A stretch of 47,449 nt of DNA. It comes from Mesotaenium endlicherianum. Lineage: Eukaryota. The stretch spans positions 51,203 through 98,651 of the forward strand of contig WELA01002286.1 in the NCBI GenBank assembly GCA_009602735.1, written 5' to 3'. The position numbers and the translations under genes are program-made. This document shows positions 10,072 to 23,162 of the stretch, piece by piece. The number at the start of each line of letters is the position of its first letter. Positions within the stretch are counted from its first letter, which is position 1. The notes below the pieces were generated by a model. It searched no databases and was not told the DNA's origin. It was given only the letters and a program-made list of their open reading frames with translations.

Positions 10072-13000
10072 GCCAGGAGCCTACCACCCCAAGACCCACT
10101 TCACGAGAAGGCAACACGCCAAGTGAGGTGGAGACCCCCGTTGAAGACGACGTTCCAGCCCCAATGAGTTTGAGAGGTTACCTTGGAGGAGAGAAGGTCC
10201 ACATCTTGGTGGATAGCGGAGCTCAAGGCAACTTCATTGCTGCAGATTTTGCCACCAAGCACGGTATTACTATGCGAACTCTTGACCACGACGAGGAGAT
10301 TATGATGCCCGATGGATTCTCCTATACTACCCCTTCCAAGAAGACGTACCCCTTGGCACTCTCTATCAAGTCCTTCAAGGATAGAGTAGTGTTCTCCCCC
10401 ATGCAATTGGGCAAGTACGACGTCATCCTAGGGACGCCTTGGTTGACCAAGCACAACCCCCAAGTTGATTGGAGGACCGGTACTATCAAGATCAAGAATG
10501 ACATCACTTCAAGAATCTGTATTTTGCGCGCAATCCAGAATATCCAGACCCAAGACATCCAGAAGCCGGCACACGAGATACTATTGTCCGCCCTCCAACT
10601 CAAGAGACTTGTGAGGAAGGGACACGAGCTTCTTTTGGCCTTGATCACGCCAAAAGACATCAAGAAAGACATCGAGAGTCAAGAAGGCAGCCCCGTTCCC
10701 AAGGAGATACAAGAAGTCTTAGAGGACTACAAAGAAGTGTTCTCCCCGGAATTGCCCAAGGGCCTACCCCCCAAAAGATTCGTAGACCACAAGATAGAGT
10801 TGGAGCCCGGAAGCAAGCCCATCTCTCGGCCTACGTTCAAAATGTCATACACGGAGCTAGACGAAGTCAAGAAGCAAATCAAGGAGCTACTGGAGCATGG
10901 CTTCATTCGACCTAGCAAGTCGCCATTTGGAGCCCCGGTGCTATTTGTCAAGAAGAAAGATGGTACCTTGAGGATGTGTGTGGACTATCGCGCCCTCAAC
11001 AAGATCACCATCAAGAATCGATACCCGCTGCCGCGCATGGATGAGCTCATGGACCGGCTGGTTGGAGCCAAGTACTTCACGAAGATTGACTTACGGAGCG
11101 GCTACCACCAGATTCGCATCGCAGAACCGGACATAGAGAAGACGGCATTCAGGACAAGATATGGACATTTTGAGTTCATGGTCCTGCCATTTGGACTCAC
11201 CAACGCGCCAGCAACTTTCATGACTATGATGAACACCATATTTCAGCCCATGTTGGACAGATTTGTGGTGGTATTCATCGATGACATCCTTATCTACAGC
11301 AAGACCCTTGAAGAGCATGCGAGACACTTGAAAGAAGTCCTTGAAGTATTGAAGCAAAACAAGCTGTTTGCGAAGGAGTCAAAATGCGAGTTTGCCAAAC
11401 AAGAAGTGGAGTTCCTAGGTCTCCACGTGACTGCTGATGGCATCAAGATAGACCCCAAGAAGACCACGGTGGTGGAGGAATGGCCAACCCCCACGACCAA
11501 GAAAGAACTCCAGTCATTCTTGGGATTTGCCAATTGGTACAGAAAATTCATCCAAGGCTTCTCGCACATAGCAGCCCCCCTGACAGATCTACTCAAGAAG
11601 GACAGGCTATATACATGGACCGAGAAAGAGGAAGAGGCATTTCAAGAGTTAAAGCGAAGATTGACCACATCCCCGGTGCTCACACTCCCAAGTCCAAACC
11701 CAGATTGGCCCTTCCACGTCATCACCGATGCATCTTCCTATGCAATAGGAGCAATCCTGCTTCAAGACCAAGGCAAGGGACTGCAGCCCATCGCCTACGA
11801 GTCAAGGAAGCTAAATCCAGCCGAGCAAAATTATACAACCACGGAGCGAGAGGCATTGGCGATTGTACATGCCTTGAAGGTTTGGCGCTGCTACGTTGAA
11901 GGACGCAAAGTACTGGTCACCACGGACCACGAGGCGTTAAAGCACCTCCAAACGCAGCCGTATCTCTCAAGGAGACAAGCAAGATGGAGCGGATACTTGC
12001 AACAATACAACATCACGATTCAGTACCAGCCCGGCAAGACAAACCCGGCTGACCCCCTCTCAAGACTGCAATTAAATGCAGTGATGGTATCCCTGAAGAC
12101 AGATCTGGAAGCTCGATTTTCAGCCGCCTATGAAAGAGACCCTTACTACAAGAACGGAGAAGCAGCCTTGGACCCATGCAAGAAGCAAGAAGGCAATTAT
12201 TGGGTGAGGCAAGATACGGGCCAGAGATGTGTTCCTAATGACTTAGACCTCCGGCTCTTGCTTCTACGAGAAGCACACGACAACCCTCTTGGAGGACACT
12301 TTGGAATCCTAAGGACCACGGGCGTTCTAGCTAGGACTTATTGTTGGCCAGGCATGTCTAAGCAAGTCAAGGAGTACTGCAGGAGCTGTGACACATGCCA
12401 AAGAATCAAGCCATCATCGCAAAAGGCGGGAGGACTCCTCCAACCACTACCAATCCCCGAAAGACAATGGACGGACATCTCAATGGACCTTATCGTGGAC
12501 TTGCCCGTGACACCTCGAGGCCATAATGCAATACTCACGGCGGTGGACAGACTTACCAAGATGGCTCATTTTATTCCCACGACGACTAAGGCTACAGCAC
12601 CACAACTTGCAAGACTCATCTTTGACAACATCTTCCGACTCCATGGACTACCATCAAGAATTGTGTCAGATAGAGATCCAAGATTCACAAGCCATTTCTG
12701 GAAAAATCTCTTCAAGAACTTGGGTACATCGCTGGATATGTCTACTGCCTACCACCCACAATCAGATGGGCAAACCGAGCGTATGAATCGTACCCTAAAG
12801 ACCTCTCTAAAGGCCTACGTGTCTACCCTCGAGCAAGACTGGGACATGTACTTGACCCCCCTCGAGTTTGCCTACAACAACACTACGCAGGCCTCTACCC
12901 AAGAGTCCCCATTCTTCCTCAACTATGGCTTCCATCCGACCACGCCACTGAGCTTCACGGCTGGCCATGATGAAGTACCTGCAGCCACAGATTTTATGGA

Positions 13001-13658
13001 GACATTAGAAGCAGCCCTTACAGCAGCGAAGAAAGCTCTACAACACGCGCAAGATGCTCAAGCAAGAGTGGCGAACAGATCCAGAAGAGAAATTACGTAC
13101 AGAGTGGGTGACAACGTGTTACTATCATCCAAGAACATTTCCCTGAACAACAGGCCTGCCGGCAGCAAGTTCTCTCCCAAGTATTTGGGACCCTTCAAGA
13201 TTATCCAGCAAGTCAACCCCGTTGCTTTCAAGCTAGAACTTCCCCAGACTATGCACATCGACCCCGTATTCCACGCTTCCCTCTTCAAGCCATATGTGCA
13301 ACCCCACAACAAGTTTCCAGGACGTGTGACAACCCCACCAGCCCCAACAAGAGTGGATGATCATTTGGAGTACGAAGTGAAAGACATAGTGGCTATGAGA
13401 CATTTCAGGAGACAGCAGCAATACTTAATCAAGTGGAAAGGATATCCAGATTCGGAGAATAGTTGGGTGGCGGCGAACTACCTTGACAAAGTTCAACGAA
13501 AGTTGAAGCGCTTCCATACCGCCCACCCTCATCTTGGACCAGCCCCAAGTCTCTCTACTAGAAGCCCGGAGACTTCAGGGAGGCAGCCTGCCACCATCAA
13601 GAAGCAGCAGAAGACCCCTTGGAGGCAGCCTGCAAGAACAAGAAAGAGGAAAAATTGA
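9993..13658 (+). CDS. pol: Pol: protease, RT, RNase H, integrase, chromodomain (probably made as a Gag-Pol fusion)
   Basis: [23 protein letters not shown]...CDTC, D-D-E core (SMDL, SDRD, QTER), GPF and YEVKDI...YLIKWKGY...NSW. Confidence 0.97.
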   Translation: MLLLQGKGPSCTFMPQKVVKKRTAPVGQEPTTPRPTSREGNTPSEVETPVEDDVPAPMSLRGYLGGEKVHILVDSGAQGNFIAADFATKHGITMRTLDHDEEIMMPDGFSYTTPSKKTYPLALSIKSFKDRVVFSPMQLGKYDVILGTPWLTKHNPQVDWRTGTIKIKNDITSRICILRAIQNIQTQDIQKPAHEILLSALQLKRLVRKGHELLLALITPKDIKKDIESQEGSPVPKEIQEVLEDYKEVFSPELPKGLPPKRFVDHKIELEPGSKPISRPTFKMSYTELDEVKKQIKELLEHGFIRPSKSPFGAPVLFVKKKDGTLRMCVDYRALNKITIKNRYPLPRMDELMDRLVGAKYFTKIDLRSGYHQIRIAEPDIEKTAFRTRYGHFEFMVLPFGLTNAPATFMTMMNTIFQPMLDRFVVVFIDDILIYSKTLEEHARHLKEVLEVLKQNKLFAKESKCEFAKQEVEFLGLHVTADGIKIDPKKTTVVEEWPTPTTKKELQSFLGFANWYRKFIQGFSHIAAPLTDLLKKDRLYTWTEKEEEAFQELKRRLTTSPVLTLPSPNPDWPFHVITDASSYAIGAILLQDQGKGLQPIAYESRKLNPAEQNYTTTEREALAIVHALKVWRCYVEGRKVLVTTDHEALKHLQTQPYLSRRQARWSGYLQQYNITIQYQPGKTNPADPLSRLQLNAVMVSLKTDLEARFSAAYERDPYYKNGEAALDPCKKQEGNYWVRQDTGQRCVPNDLDLRLLLLREAHDNPLGGHFGILRTTGVLARTYCWPGMSKQVKEYCRSCDTCQRIKPSSQKAGGLLQPLPIPERQWTDISMDLIVDLPVTPRGHNAILTAVDRLTKMAHFIPTTTKATAPQLARLIFDNIFRLHGLPSRIVSDRDPRFTSHFWKNLFKNLGTSLDMSTAYHPQSDGQTERMNRTLKTSLKAYVSTLEQDWDMYLTPLEFAYNNTTQASTQESPFFLNYGFHPTTPLSFTAGHDEVPAATDFMETLEAALTAAKKALQHAQDAQARVANRSRREITYRVGDNVLLSSKNISLNNRPAGSKFSPKYLGPFKIIQQVNPVAFKLELPQTMHIDPVFHASLFKPYVQPHNKFPGRVTTPPAPTRVDDHLEYEVKDIVAMRHFRRQQQYLIKWKGYPDSENSWVAANYLDKVQRKLKRFHTAHPHLGPAPSLSTRSPETSGRQPATIKKQQKTPWRQPARTRKRKN
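10050..10085 (+). promoter_or_regulatory. Putative -1 ribosomal frameshift signal at the gag-pol overlap
   Basis: A AAA AAC at 10050-10056 in the gag frame, then a GGTAGGC/GCCTACC hairpin at 10067-10085. Pol is in the -1 frame. Confidence 0.75.
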
Positions 13659-14283
13659 CATTAGACACTCTTCTCTTCTCGCAGTTTCTGGACAGAAAAC
13701 TAAAACTGCTACTGGTAATAGGTCTCTGCATAATAAATTCTGAAAATTTACCTGGCTGTAGTCCATGAGTAGCCGGTCATTTAGAGTCCAAGTTTGCTCA
13801 ATTTGGAGCACTGGTGAGAGAGATATGATGCTCTAAGTAGAAGGGGGTCAGGCTGCTGGCATTGTTAGGACAGAATATGCCTTCTGACATTGTGCCTTCC
13901 CCTGAACTTGGAATGCTCTGAAACTCAAGACTCTGGTAGAACATCTTACAGCGCCCAGTTTGAGACTTAGTTTGCAGAATTTGGAGAAGTATAGAAGGAC
14001 TTATGATTTTCAGAAGTTTCTGCACAGATTTGGAGGAGTGCCTACTCTCTCAGCTCTCAACGACACTCCAGAAATGAGAATGCTCTCAAATTTGGTGACC
14101 CGGTAGAGTTCTCCGACGCGGTCCGTCTGGCACTCAAATTTTTAGATTTGGAGCAGTTCTGTGGCCGCTATGAGTTTTTGAGTTCGTGGCAGATTCTGGG
14201 CCAGCTTGTACAATTTTCTTTATCATTAAGGAGTAGGCTAGCCAATAAGGTCACACCACCTACGACCTTGCCTAGTCTACCTT

Positions 14284-14391
14284 ACATGTGTAGCACCTGA
14301 CTTGGCGCCTTTGACTAGTCCTCTTCACATGTGTGGCATCTGACTTGAAACTGTTGACTAGTTTGCTCCACATGTGTAAGACCTGACTTGA
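14284..14391 (+). repeat. 43-bp period imperfect tandem repeat in the A1 3' UTR
   Basis: ACATGTGT...CTGACTTG at 14284, 14327 and 14370. Confidence 0.75.
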
Positions 14392-14417
14392 CGCGCCGAG
14401 ACGTCGCTTTTTCTATC

Positions 14418-14427
14418 GGGGGGGTGA
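14418..14427 (+). promoter_or_regulatory. A1 polypurine tract
   Basis: GGGGGGGTGA immediately before the 3' LTR. Confidence 0.85.
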
Positions 14428-14930
14428 TGTAGTGATTTGAGTTATTATATATTAGTTTGCATATATTTTAATGTTTTCAAATATATTTGGAGTAGTATTG
14501 TGTGGAGTCAAGTGTGAATAGGTACTCTAGTAACTTGGTTCATGTCCTTTGAACCTTCCAAGGCATTTTCGAAGTTAGAGGAAAGACCTAGAAGAACTCC
14601 ATGTGGCAAAAGTCAGATGTGCCATTTTTAGGTCAAAAGGACATGTGTACATTATTCTAGAAAGAGGTGGCAAGTTTTGGGATGTGTTGGGTGCCAACAC
14701 ATCAACATACACCTTCCTAGAAATTACTTATGTAGCAAGTATATAAACAAGAGCTAGAACATAGAAAGACATTCCAGAATCCCTCTTGTACTTGCCAACA
14801 TCCAGAAATATATTAACTTTCAAGAAGCCATCTCTCTTTCAAGAAGCTACCACTTGTGTTCAAAGATCCTTGTCTTGAATAGATAAAGTATTCTGTTTTA
14901 CTAAGTACTTTATCTATCCGTTTCACTACA
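14428..14930 (+). repeat. A1 3' LTR
   Basis: 503-bp direct repeat of 8251-8753 with 12 mismatches by manual count. Confidence 0.97.
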
Positions 14931-14935
14931 GTCAT

Positions 14936-15806
14936 CCACCGCCAATCGGTGGGCTTCTGGAAGAATGCAGGGTCTGTCCTTTCTAGCGTACAAGGGTACC
15001 ACTGCCTTGCAAAGTCCATCTGACTGGTTTCTCTTGCCAAGAATTCCCAGCTTCTTCTCTTCTACTCATTAAACATGGCCTTGAAGCTGTTATGAGATGT
15101 AGAGTCCTTAAATCTGTCCGCGTCCCTTGCGATCATCCTGATGACCCTATCTTTCCCCCAGATACCTGGAATCGATACAGCTCCTGCTTCATTCACTTGG
15201 GCCATTGCCTTGGCCTCTCTGACCGTTCATCCTACCATCGTGGCATAATTGTGGTAGAGGAGGAGCCCTGTGTTGACCTCTATAAACTTGTCAAAATTTT
15301 TAGATGTCTCCCCTTGCTTCTGCACGATGTCCTTTTTGTGACTTACTGCGACTTCTCTGGGCATACTTGAAGGCCTACTCCATTATATCAAAGCCCTTGC
15401 CCAGCACTGTTTAGCGGTAGCTGCTGTTTTTCTTCTGTTTTTCTTCAGCCTGCTGCTTCCGCCTTTCCTCAGCTTGCCTCTCCTCCTCTGCCTTCTTGGC
15501 CTCCTTTGCAGCTTCTTTGTCCAGTTCTTCCTGCCTCAACCTAGCCTCTTCCTCCTCCTCCTTCTTCTTTTGTGCCTCTCGCTGTGTTGGAGTCATTCTG
15601 ATTCGCGAGCGGAGATGGAGGATGATTCGATGTCGTCGCGGAATTGCAAGTATTCTGCATGTGCTTCTTTTGCTCTTCTCTTCCTCATAAGTTCCGACTT
15701 TTGAATCATCCTGGTCAATCATAAACACAATGCAGTTAGTAAAGTCATGATGCGTGGCCGCTATTGATGACCCTTGTGGAGAAGAACGTGGTAGGGTTAG
15801 TTCCAA
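14936..15806 (-). pseudogene. 5' part of the decayed extra ORF in B2 (E/K/R-rich, coiled-coil-like segment)
   Basis: ORF 15411-15806 (REAQKKKEEEEEARLRQEELDKEAAKE...) plus stop-interrupted sequence leading in frame into 7528-8250. Confidence 0.5.
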
Positions 15807-16040
15807 GTGAGTAATACCTTCTGTGAGTGAGTATAAGAGGAGACTGGAGTCAGAGAGAAAAGGTGCGTGCGAGCGCAGGTTGAGTATGTAGAATGGTTAT
15901 ATAAAAAGGTGCCTGGCCGATCCCAAAACAAGACACACGCCCTCCAACTGAATTTCAGAGCTGCCTGTCACAACTTTCACTAACTGTCACGTTCTCCTCC
16001 AACTTATATGGAGACAAGACCTCTTATTACCTTCCCATGT

Positions 16041-19000
16041 TCAGTGAAATGACAATGAGGGAGGTGCCCCAGTCGCCCGAAAGTGGAACCGTCTGAACGC
16101 CATTTTGGCATTGGTCAACTGGTTTGTAAATTCTTAAGTGTCCCCAGAGGCATCGTAACCCTTCCAATTAACCAAGAACTTCAAGATATATGTCAATGAT
16201 CAACAAACAGAGCGAGCGTCTAAAATCGCCTTGACCTCATATTCCTCAGGGTCACCCTCCCTGACAGCGGGGACCGGTCCCGGTTGGACGGGTAACCGAC
16301 GTGTAAACAGTGTGTCACCTTTGATGTACGATTCCAGGAAGGAGACATTAAAGACTGGGTGACCCTTGTAGTCCGCTGACATGTTCAGTTTGTAAGCATT
16401 TTGACCGACACAGCGCACCACCGAAGATGGACCGACCCAGAGCAATCCAAGCTTTTTCTTGACCACACCAGGCAGGTACAGGTGTTGAGAATGCAGTTTG
16501 ACCAAATCGCCCTTAGAAAATGTCAGCTCGCAACAGTGCTGATTAGCGTATTTTTGATTGATTCTCTTGGGCTGTGTGCAGGTTTGTCTTGACTTCTGAC
16601 AATGTGTCAGCGAACTCCTGAGTTAACTGTAGAAACACTGGATTGTCAATGTCGTCAAGGTGAAATAAAGACTCCACTAGCACATCTGAAGGAGACTTAG
16701 GAACTCTACCCAGACTGAGTTCATAAGGGGTCTTTTTCGTTGACGCGTGCACCGCACTGTTGACCGTTAAATGAATTTGAGGCAACTGGTCACCCCAATT
16801 ATCTTGTTTTTGGTTAATATATGCTCTCAGCACCTCTTGTAGAACTCGGTTAGTTCTTTCAATCTGCCCATCAGTCTCATGGTGGTTTGCTGTGCTGAGC
16901 AGCTGTTTGACTCCCATTAACCCCATTAAAGCTCTCCAAAACTTAGAGGTAAATTTTGGGTCTCTGTTTGAGATGATATTAGAGAGGAGCCCATGTTGGC
17001 ATACTACATGGTTGTAGAACTGTCTCACAGTTTTGAGTGCAGTCACTTCGACAGTGGTGGGGATGAAAATGACCATTTTTGTCAGTTTATCCACTACTAC
17101 TAGTATGGAATCGTGCCCATTGGCAATTCTGGGTAGAGTTACTACCCAGTCCAAAGATATTGTTTCCCAGCGTCCAGCTAGGATGGGTAGTGATTGTACG
17201 AGACCCCCGGGTGGTGTGTGCCTAGACTTACTTTTCTGGCACTGATCAAAGGACTTAACATATTTCAAGATCTCTCGAGGCAACCCGTCCTAATGATAAT
17301 GTTTTGCCAGTTTGCCAACAATTTTGGCCTGCCCCAAATGCCCACCCAGTACACTGTCATGTGCTTGACTCAGTAAGAGGGACCTTTTTCCCAAGTTATT
17401 AGAAATGACCAGCTTCAGCCTGCCGGAAGTAATATCAGTCACCCAGACCCCTCCCTTAAGCCTATACCCGAGTGCTGTAGCAGGGCACACACCATCCGTA
17501 GGGCTGGGCTCAAATGTTGGGTCAGAATGGTAGGCTTTCCTAAGTTGTTCAAAGAAAGACTTTTTCACCTTGAGTGAAGTGAGTGCACACGGGACTTTAT
17601 CCACAACATGCTGACTAAAGTTCCTTCCTTGCAAGTCAGGTCGTCTAGAGTGTGCATTAACTGGACTCTACTTTTGTTGTCCTGGTTTGTCGTCAATCTG
17701 GACTTGGAACTGCTCCAGCATCTGGCTCTAGCGGTTCTCCCTCCTTGACAGCTTGGACTTCTTCTGAAAGTGAGTCAGAGCTAGATGATCCGTAATCACC
17801 TTAAGAGCTTGACCATGTAAGTATGCTCTCCACTGTTTGAGCACATGAATGATAGCAAGCAACTCTTGATCATGCACAGAATCGTTGATTTTCGCTGAGT
17901 TGAATTTCATAGACTCATACAGCACAGGGTGCCACTCCTGTCGTTGCTTACCATCCTTTGTGGTTTTGTCAGCAGGCTGCAAGAAATCAGCACCCATGGC
18001 AAAGTCAGAAGCATCAGTAACCACCTGCACATGTTTGTTGGAGTCATACACGGCTAAGACTGGGGCAGATTAAAGAGCATCTTTAAGGGTCTGAAAGGCA
18101 GCCTGCTGCTCTTCCCCCCACACATACCCTATGTCCGTCTTAGTAAGGTCAGCCAGTTTATTGGCCTTGGTAGAATAATTCTCAATAAATCTCCTATAGT
18201 AGTTAGCCAACCCAAGGAAAAGTCTAACTTCTGAGACAAACTGTGGTACTGGCCAGTCCCTTCTGGTCTGGACTTCCTTAGGATCCACACTGATGCCTTC
18301 TTTACTAACAATGTGGCCTAAGAATTCAATACTTCAAGACATCACACTTGCTCATTTTAGCATTAAATTGATTTCTTCTCAGAGTTACCATAACGGTCTT
18401 TAGTAACGGTGTTCAGTGTGCTGGGTTTCATATTTATAGAAAATTAAAATATCATCCAGGAAGACTTGCACAAATTTATCCAAGTGAGGTCTCAAAATGT
18501 CATTTATAGCACCCATGAAGGTTGCAGGAGCATTTGTCAATCCAAATGGCATCACATCAATCTCATAATGTCCATAACGTGTGCAAAAGGCAGTCTTGTG
18601 TTCATCCCCCTCAGCAATTTTGATTTGATGATAACCACGCTTGAGATCTATCTTATTGAACACTTTAGCACCAGACAGGGTATCAAGCGAGTCCTCGATT
18701 CTGGGTAAAGCATACGTGTTCTTTACTGTAATTCCGTTAAGAGCTCTGTAATCAACACACATCCGCATACTTCCATCCTTTTTCTTAACAAATAAGATGG
18801 GTGCGCCATAAGGTGATTTACTGGGGGAAATATAACCATTTTCCTCAAGCTATGCAATCTGTGTTTTCAACTCTTTGCTCTCCACATAAGACAAGCCATA
18901 AGTGCGTTGCCAGGGTGGTTGACTCCCAGGTAATAATTCAATCCTATGATCTACTTTCCTCTTAGGGAGTAATTCTGGAGGTATATTAATGACATCATTA

Positions 19001-19698
19001 TACTGAGCAACAATTTTTGCGACGGTAGGGTGCTGCGAAGGGCTTACCTTTTTCTCCACCACTTCTTCAGGTTGAGGGGGTACCTCTCCTAGCAGCAGAC
19101 AGAACATTATGTCTTCCTTCAAGTTCCAGCTTTTGACGAACTCTATTGCATTCAGGAACTTGCTTCCTTCTGGAAGCCTCTTCTTTTCCTTCATTTGCCA
19201 TCCACACAGGACAAGAGGAAGAGCACTGGTGGGTGCTAAGTTAGTTTGCCCATCACTGGCTCCTCTCACTTTAACTGTACCTCTGCTCCATCACACTTCA
19301 GCTTGATGTCTGTTAAGCCAGGACCTGCCTAGCACGAGATCATAAAAGCCAGTCTTGAGTATCTCAAATATAAGCGATTCAGTTAGAACTGCAATGCCGG
19401 AACCTAACTGGACCCCAAAAGGCTTGGTTATAATTCCTCCCGAGATACTTGAGGCATCTCCAAGGAATATTTTTCTATTCCCTTGGGTGACAGTAGGCAG
19501 CCATAGCCGCTTAACTAAGTTCTTATGAATAAAAGTATGTGACGCCCCTCCGTCAACAAATGCCGTCACCTTCTCACTTGTAGTCATGCAGTTCAGTAGG
19601 ATAGGAAGGACTCTCTTGTCCTGACTTTGGCATTGTTCTCCTGACTTAGCAAAGAAGTATTGAACATCAGGTGGAACAAGATCATCTAGAGCGTGCAC
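16041..19698 (-). pseudogene. pol: B2 pol remnant including integrase and chromodomain
   Basis: Fragments of protease, RT, RNase H and integrase. Manual read past the stop at 16200 gives YEVKAILD...FLVNWKGYDASGDT, a chromodomain. Confidence 0.92.
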
Positions 19699-19847
19699 TC
19701 TCTAGAGGTCTATATTGCTAGTGGTCTCCTTTATCTGGTTGTCCGGCATGCATAGTGAATCCCGTTCAGCAGGACCCATAAAACCTGCTAAGAGGGCAGC
19801 TAGCGACGACTCGCTATCTCTAGCATCCTCACAATCAGTAGACTAGA

Positions 19848-21322
19848 TTACTGACTTTTACTGTCTTTTAAAGACTGGTCCTTTCTCTTGACCTTGGGAA
19901 GGTGCTTGACAGGACACTGCTCTCTATAGTGGCCCAACTGTTGGCAATAGTAGCAAACAGATTTTGCTGAGGCTGGTCTCGGCTTAGTCCTACCACCACC
20001 TCTTCCATAGCCGCCTCGAGAGAAACCACCTCTACCTTTAGACTGTATAGCATTATACTCATACTCGTATTCCTCACCCTGATCATCCTCAGCCTGGTCT
20101 CCTTCACTTGCATTGTAGGAACCGTGGGGCTTTTTGACAATCTTAGACACCGAAGCATTACTCTGGCGCTTGTGATTCAACTGCTGCTGATCCCAGGCAT
20201 CAGCATCTTGCGTCAAGTCAGCCAATTTCTCATACTTCTTCTCAGCAAAATAACCAGAGACTTTGGAATTCAAGCCATACCTGAAGTATGCTACCCTATA
20301 CCGTTCGGGTAAGTCTGGCTGTTTCGTCATGTTGTCCTGGAAATTTTGAGCAAACTCAGCAACTGAAGTGGTCTGCTTCAGTGTAAGAAAGACCATCGCA
20401 TAGATAGCTTTCTCCTGCTGGTTGATGACATCAAACTTCTCATGCAGCTTCTTGACAAACTCTACCCACGTTAGGTTACCGAGTTGTAGAGCCTTACGCT
20501 CTCCTTTCCAGTATAGCCACCAGTCTGCGGCACTGCCTTTCAGTAGCGCACCAGTGTGCCTGACCTTCTCGTAATCTTGTAGCTCTGGGTAATTCTCCAG
20601 CCACTGCTCAACATTAGCGAGAAACTTGATCAGGTAATATTTCTTGTTTCCCTCAAGATTGTAGTCCTGGGGAGGTTTTGGCTTAGGCTTACTAGGCCCT
20701 CTGCCACCACCACCAGTGGTTTGGGAACCCAGTTGATCTCTGTCCCGCAGGAGAGACATTATGATTCTTTTGTCCTTCTGTTGGCTCTGATACATGGTCG
20801 CCATTTGCGACTGCATTTGAACGAACAATGCTCCCAAGTTTACACTCTGGGGTGGAAGTCTAGCAAATGCAACAACAGTAGTGGCATCCACTCGCTGAGT
20901 AGTATCCTCAACAGTTCCTTTTGCTCCTGCAGCAATTCCTGCCGCATCAGCCGGTCACAAATTTGACCTAGAGGCACGTTGAGTTTTACAGCAAGAGGTG
21001 CGTTGAGAACATTGGCCCTCGATGCCATAAATTCTTCGACGGTGCGCTCGTTCGCTGGCTGTCCTTCCCTCCGTTCTATATCTTCAGCGGCTTTGGCTGA
21101 CCGTTCAGCTTCTAATCTGACTCTCTCCTCCTCAGCCTGCTGTGTTGTGACTGCAGCAACAGCAGTTGCCTCATCTGCAGCCTCTCTAGCTGAAGTATCT
21201 GCGACTGCTTCTGAACAGGTACGGGTTCCCGCTACATGTCTTTCAGCCTTGTTTTTGACATTCTCGAAATCCTGGTTCTCCATATCTCGGGAATTGCTAG
21301 TTTGAGACCTTGTCCTTACCAT
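19848..21322 (-). pseudogene. gag: B2 gag (one frameshift near 20935)
   Basis: ORFs 20840-21322 and 19848-20891 with LLKGSAADWW and a CCHC knuckle. Confidence 0.9.
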
Positions 21323-21356
21323 ACAAAGAAGATTGTGATAAGTGTTCCAATACCGT

Positions 21357-21890
21357 TGAAATGAATCGACTTACCTAGTAAACGATTAACAATTATTGAA
21401 GATCTTTATACCAGCAAGTAATCTCTATGGTAATTTTTGTTAACTGATTAAACAGCAAAAGACAACACACTAGCAATGGACAATACTTCGTCACTCAAAT
21501 GCAAGTAAACTAGCATCAATAATGCAATCAGTAAAAATATACATAAGCAAGGCTAGGAGCCAGTGCGTATCAATGTCTTCTCGCCTTGAAATCCGATATT
21601 CCTCAGTAAACTGTACAAGAGAGTAGGCCTCGTTTTTGCATGCCGATCTCAAAAGCAACACCTAGCATATATACATGGAATGAATTTACTGTTCAACGGC
21701 AAGTGCGATGGTACCGCCTACCCGGGAGTTAACCACGCTGGCAGGACCTCGCCTAACCAAATCCACCGCCATCTTCCATCATCCCGAACTGCCATCCATC
21801 CTAGGGATGTCATCTGGCCATTCATCTAGCATACCACACTTAGATGCATATCTAGGCAGTTTGCTGCTACCGAGTACGGAAGTCTGCTGG
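21357..21890 (-). repeat. B2 5' LTR, part 1 (split by A2)
   Basis: Matches the start of LTR 6471-7190. The 534 bp here plus 186 bp at 28576-28761 total 720 bp. Confidence 0.92.
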
Positions 21891-22393
21891 TGTAGTGAAA
21901 CAGATAGATAAAGTACTTAGTAAAACAAAATACTTTATCTATTCAAGACAAGGATCTTTGAACACAAGTGGTAGCTTCTTGAAAGAGAGATGGCTTCTTG
22001 AAAGTTAATATATTTCTGGACTTTGGCAAGTACAAGAGTGATTCTGGAATGTCTTTCTATGTTCTAGCTCTTGTTTATATACTTGCTACATAAGTAATTT
22101 CTAGGAAGGTGTATGTTGATGTGTTGGCACCCAACACATCCCAAAACTTGCCACCTCTTTCTAGAATAATGTACACATGTCCTTTTGACCTAAAAATGGC
22201 ACATTTGACTTTTGCCACATGGAGTTCTTCTAGGTCTTTCCTCTAACTTCGAAAATGCCTTGGAAGGTTCAAAGGACATGAACCAAGTTACTAGAGTACC
22301 TATTCACACTTGACTCCACACAATACTACTCCAAATATATTTGAAAACATTAAAATATATGCAAACTAATATATAATAACTCAAATCACTACA
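21891..22393 (-). repeat. A2 3' LTR
   Basis: 503 bp, with the PPT complement TCACCCCCCC at 22394-22403. Confidence 0.97.
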
Positions 22394-23162
22394 TCACCCC
22401 CCCGATAGAAAAAGCGACGTCTCGGCGCGTCAAGTCAGGTCTTACACATGTGGAGCAAACTAGTCAACAGTTTCAAGTCAGATGCCACACATGTAAAGAG
22501 GACTAGTCAAAGGCGCCAAGTCAGGTGCTACACATGTAAGGTAGACTAGGCAAGGTCGTAGGTGGTGTGACCTTATTGGCTAGCCTACTCCTTAATGATA
22601 AAGAAAATTGTACAAGTTGGCCCAGAATCTGCCACGAACTCAAAAATTCATAGCGGCCACAGAACTGCTCCAAATCTGAAAATTCGAGTGCCAGACGGAC
22701 CGCGTCGGAGAACTCTACCGGGTCACCAAATTTGAGAGCATTCTCATTTCTGGAGTGTCGTTGAGAGCTGAGAGAGTAGGCACTCCTCCAAATCTGTGCA
22801 GAAACTTCTGAAAATCATAAGTCCTTCTATACTTCTCCAAATTCTGCAAACTAAGTCTCAAACTGGGCGCTGTAAGATGTTCTACCAGAGTCTTGAGTTT
22901 CAGAGCATTCCAAGTTCAGGGGAAGGCACAATGTCAGAAGGCATATTCTGTCCTAACAATGCCAGCAGCCTGACCCCCTTCTACTTAGAGCATCATATCT
23001 CTCTCACCAGTGCTCCAAATTGAGCAAACTTGGACTCTAAATGACCGGCTACTCATGGACTACAGCCAGGTAAATTTTCAGAATTTATTATGCAGAGACC
23101 TATTACCAGTAGCAGTTTTAGTTTTCTGTCCAGAAACTGCGAGAAGAGAAGAGTGTCTAATG

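Larger units (their letters stand above)
8251..14930 (+). mobile_element. Intact Ty3/gypsy chromovirus family A, copy A1 (6680 bp)
   Basis: 503-bp LTRs TGTAGTGA...TCACTACA, TSD GTCAT (8246-8250, 14931-14935), PBS, PPT and open gag and pol. Confidence 0.98.

Noticed and set aside
8636..14025. Many short antisense and alternate-frame ORFs repeated in A1 and A2
   Set aside because: They are shadows of gag, pol or LTR sequence. Their repetition only reflects near-identity of the two copies.
19840..19880. T TTA AAA slippery site at the end of family B gag
   Set aside because: The -1 frame meets a stop within a few codons in every copy here, so the expression mechanism cannot be called from these decayed copies.
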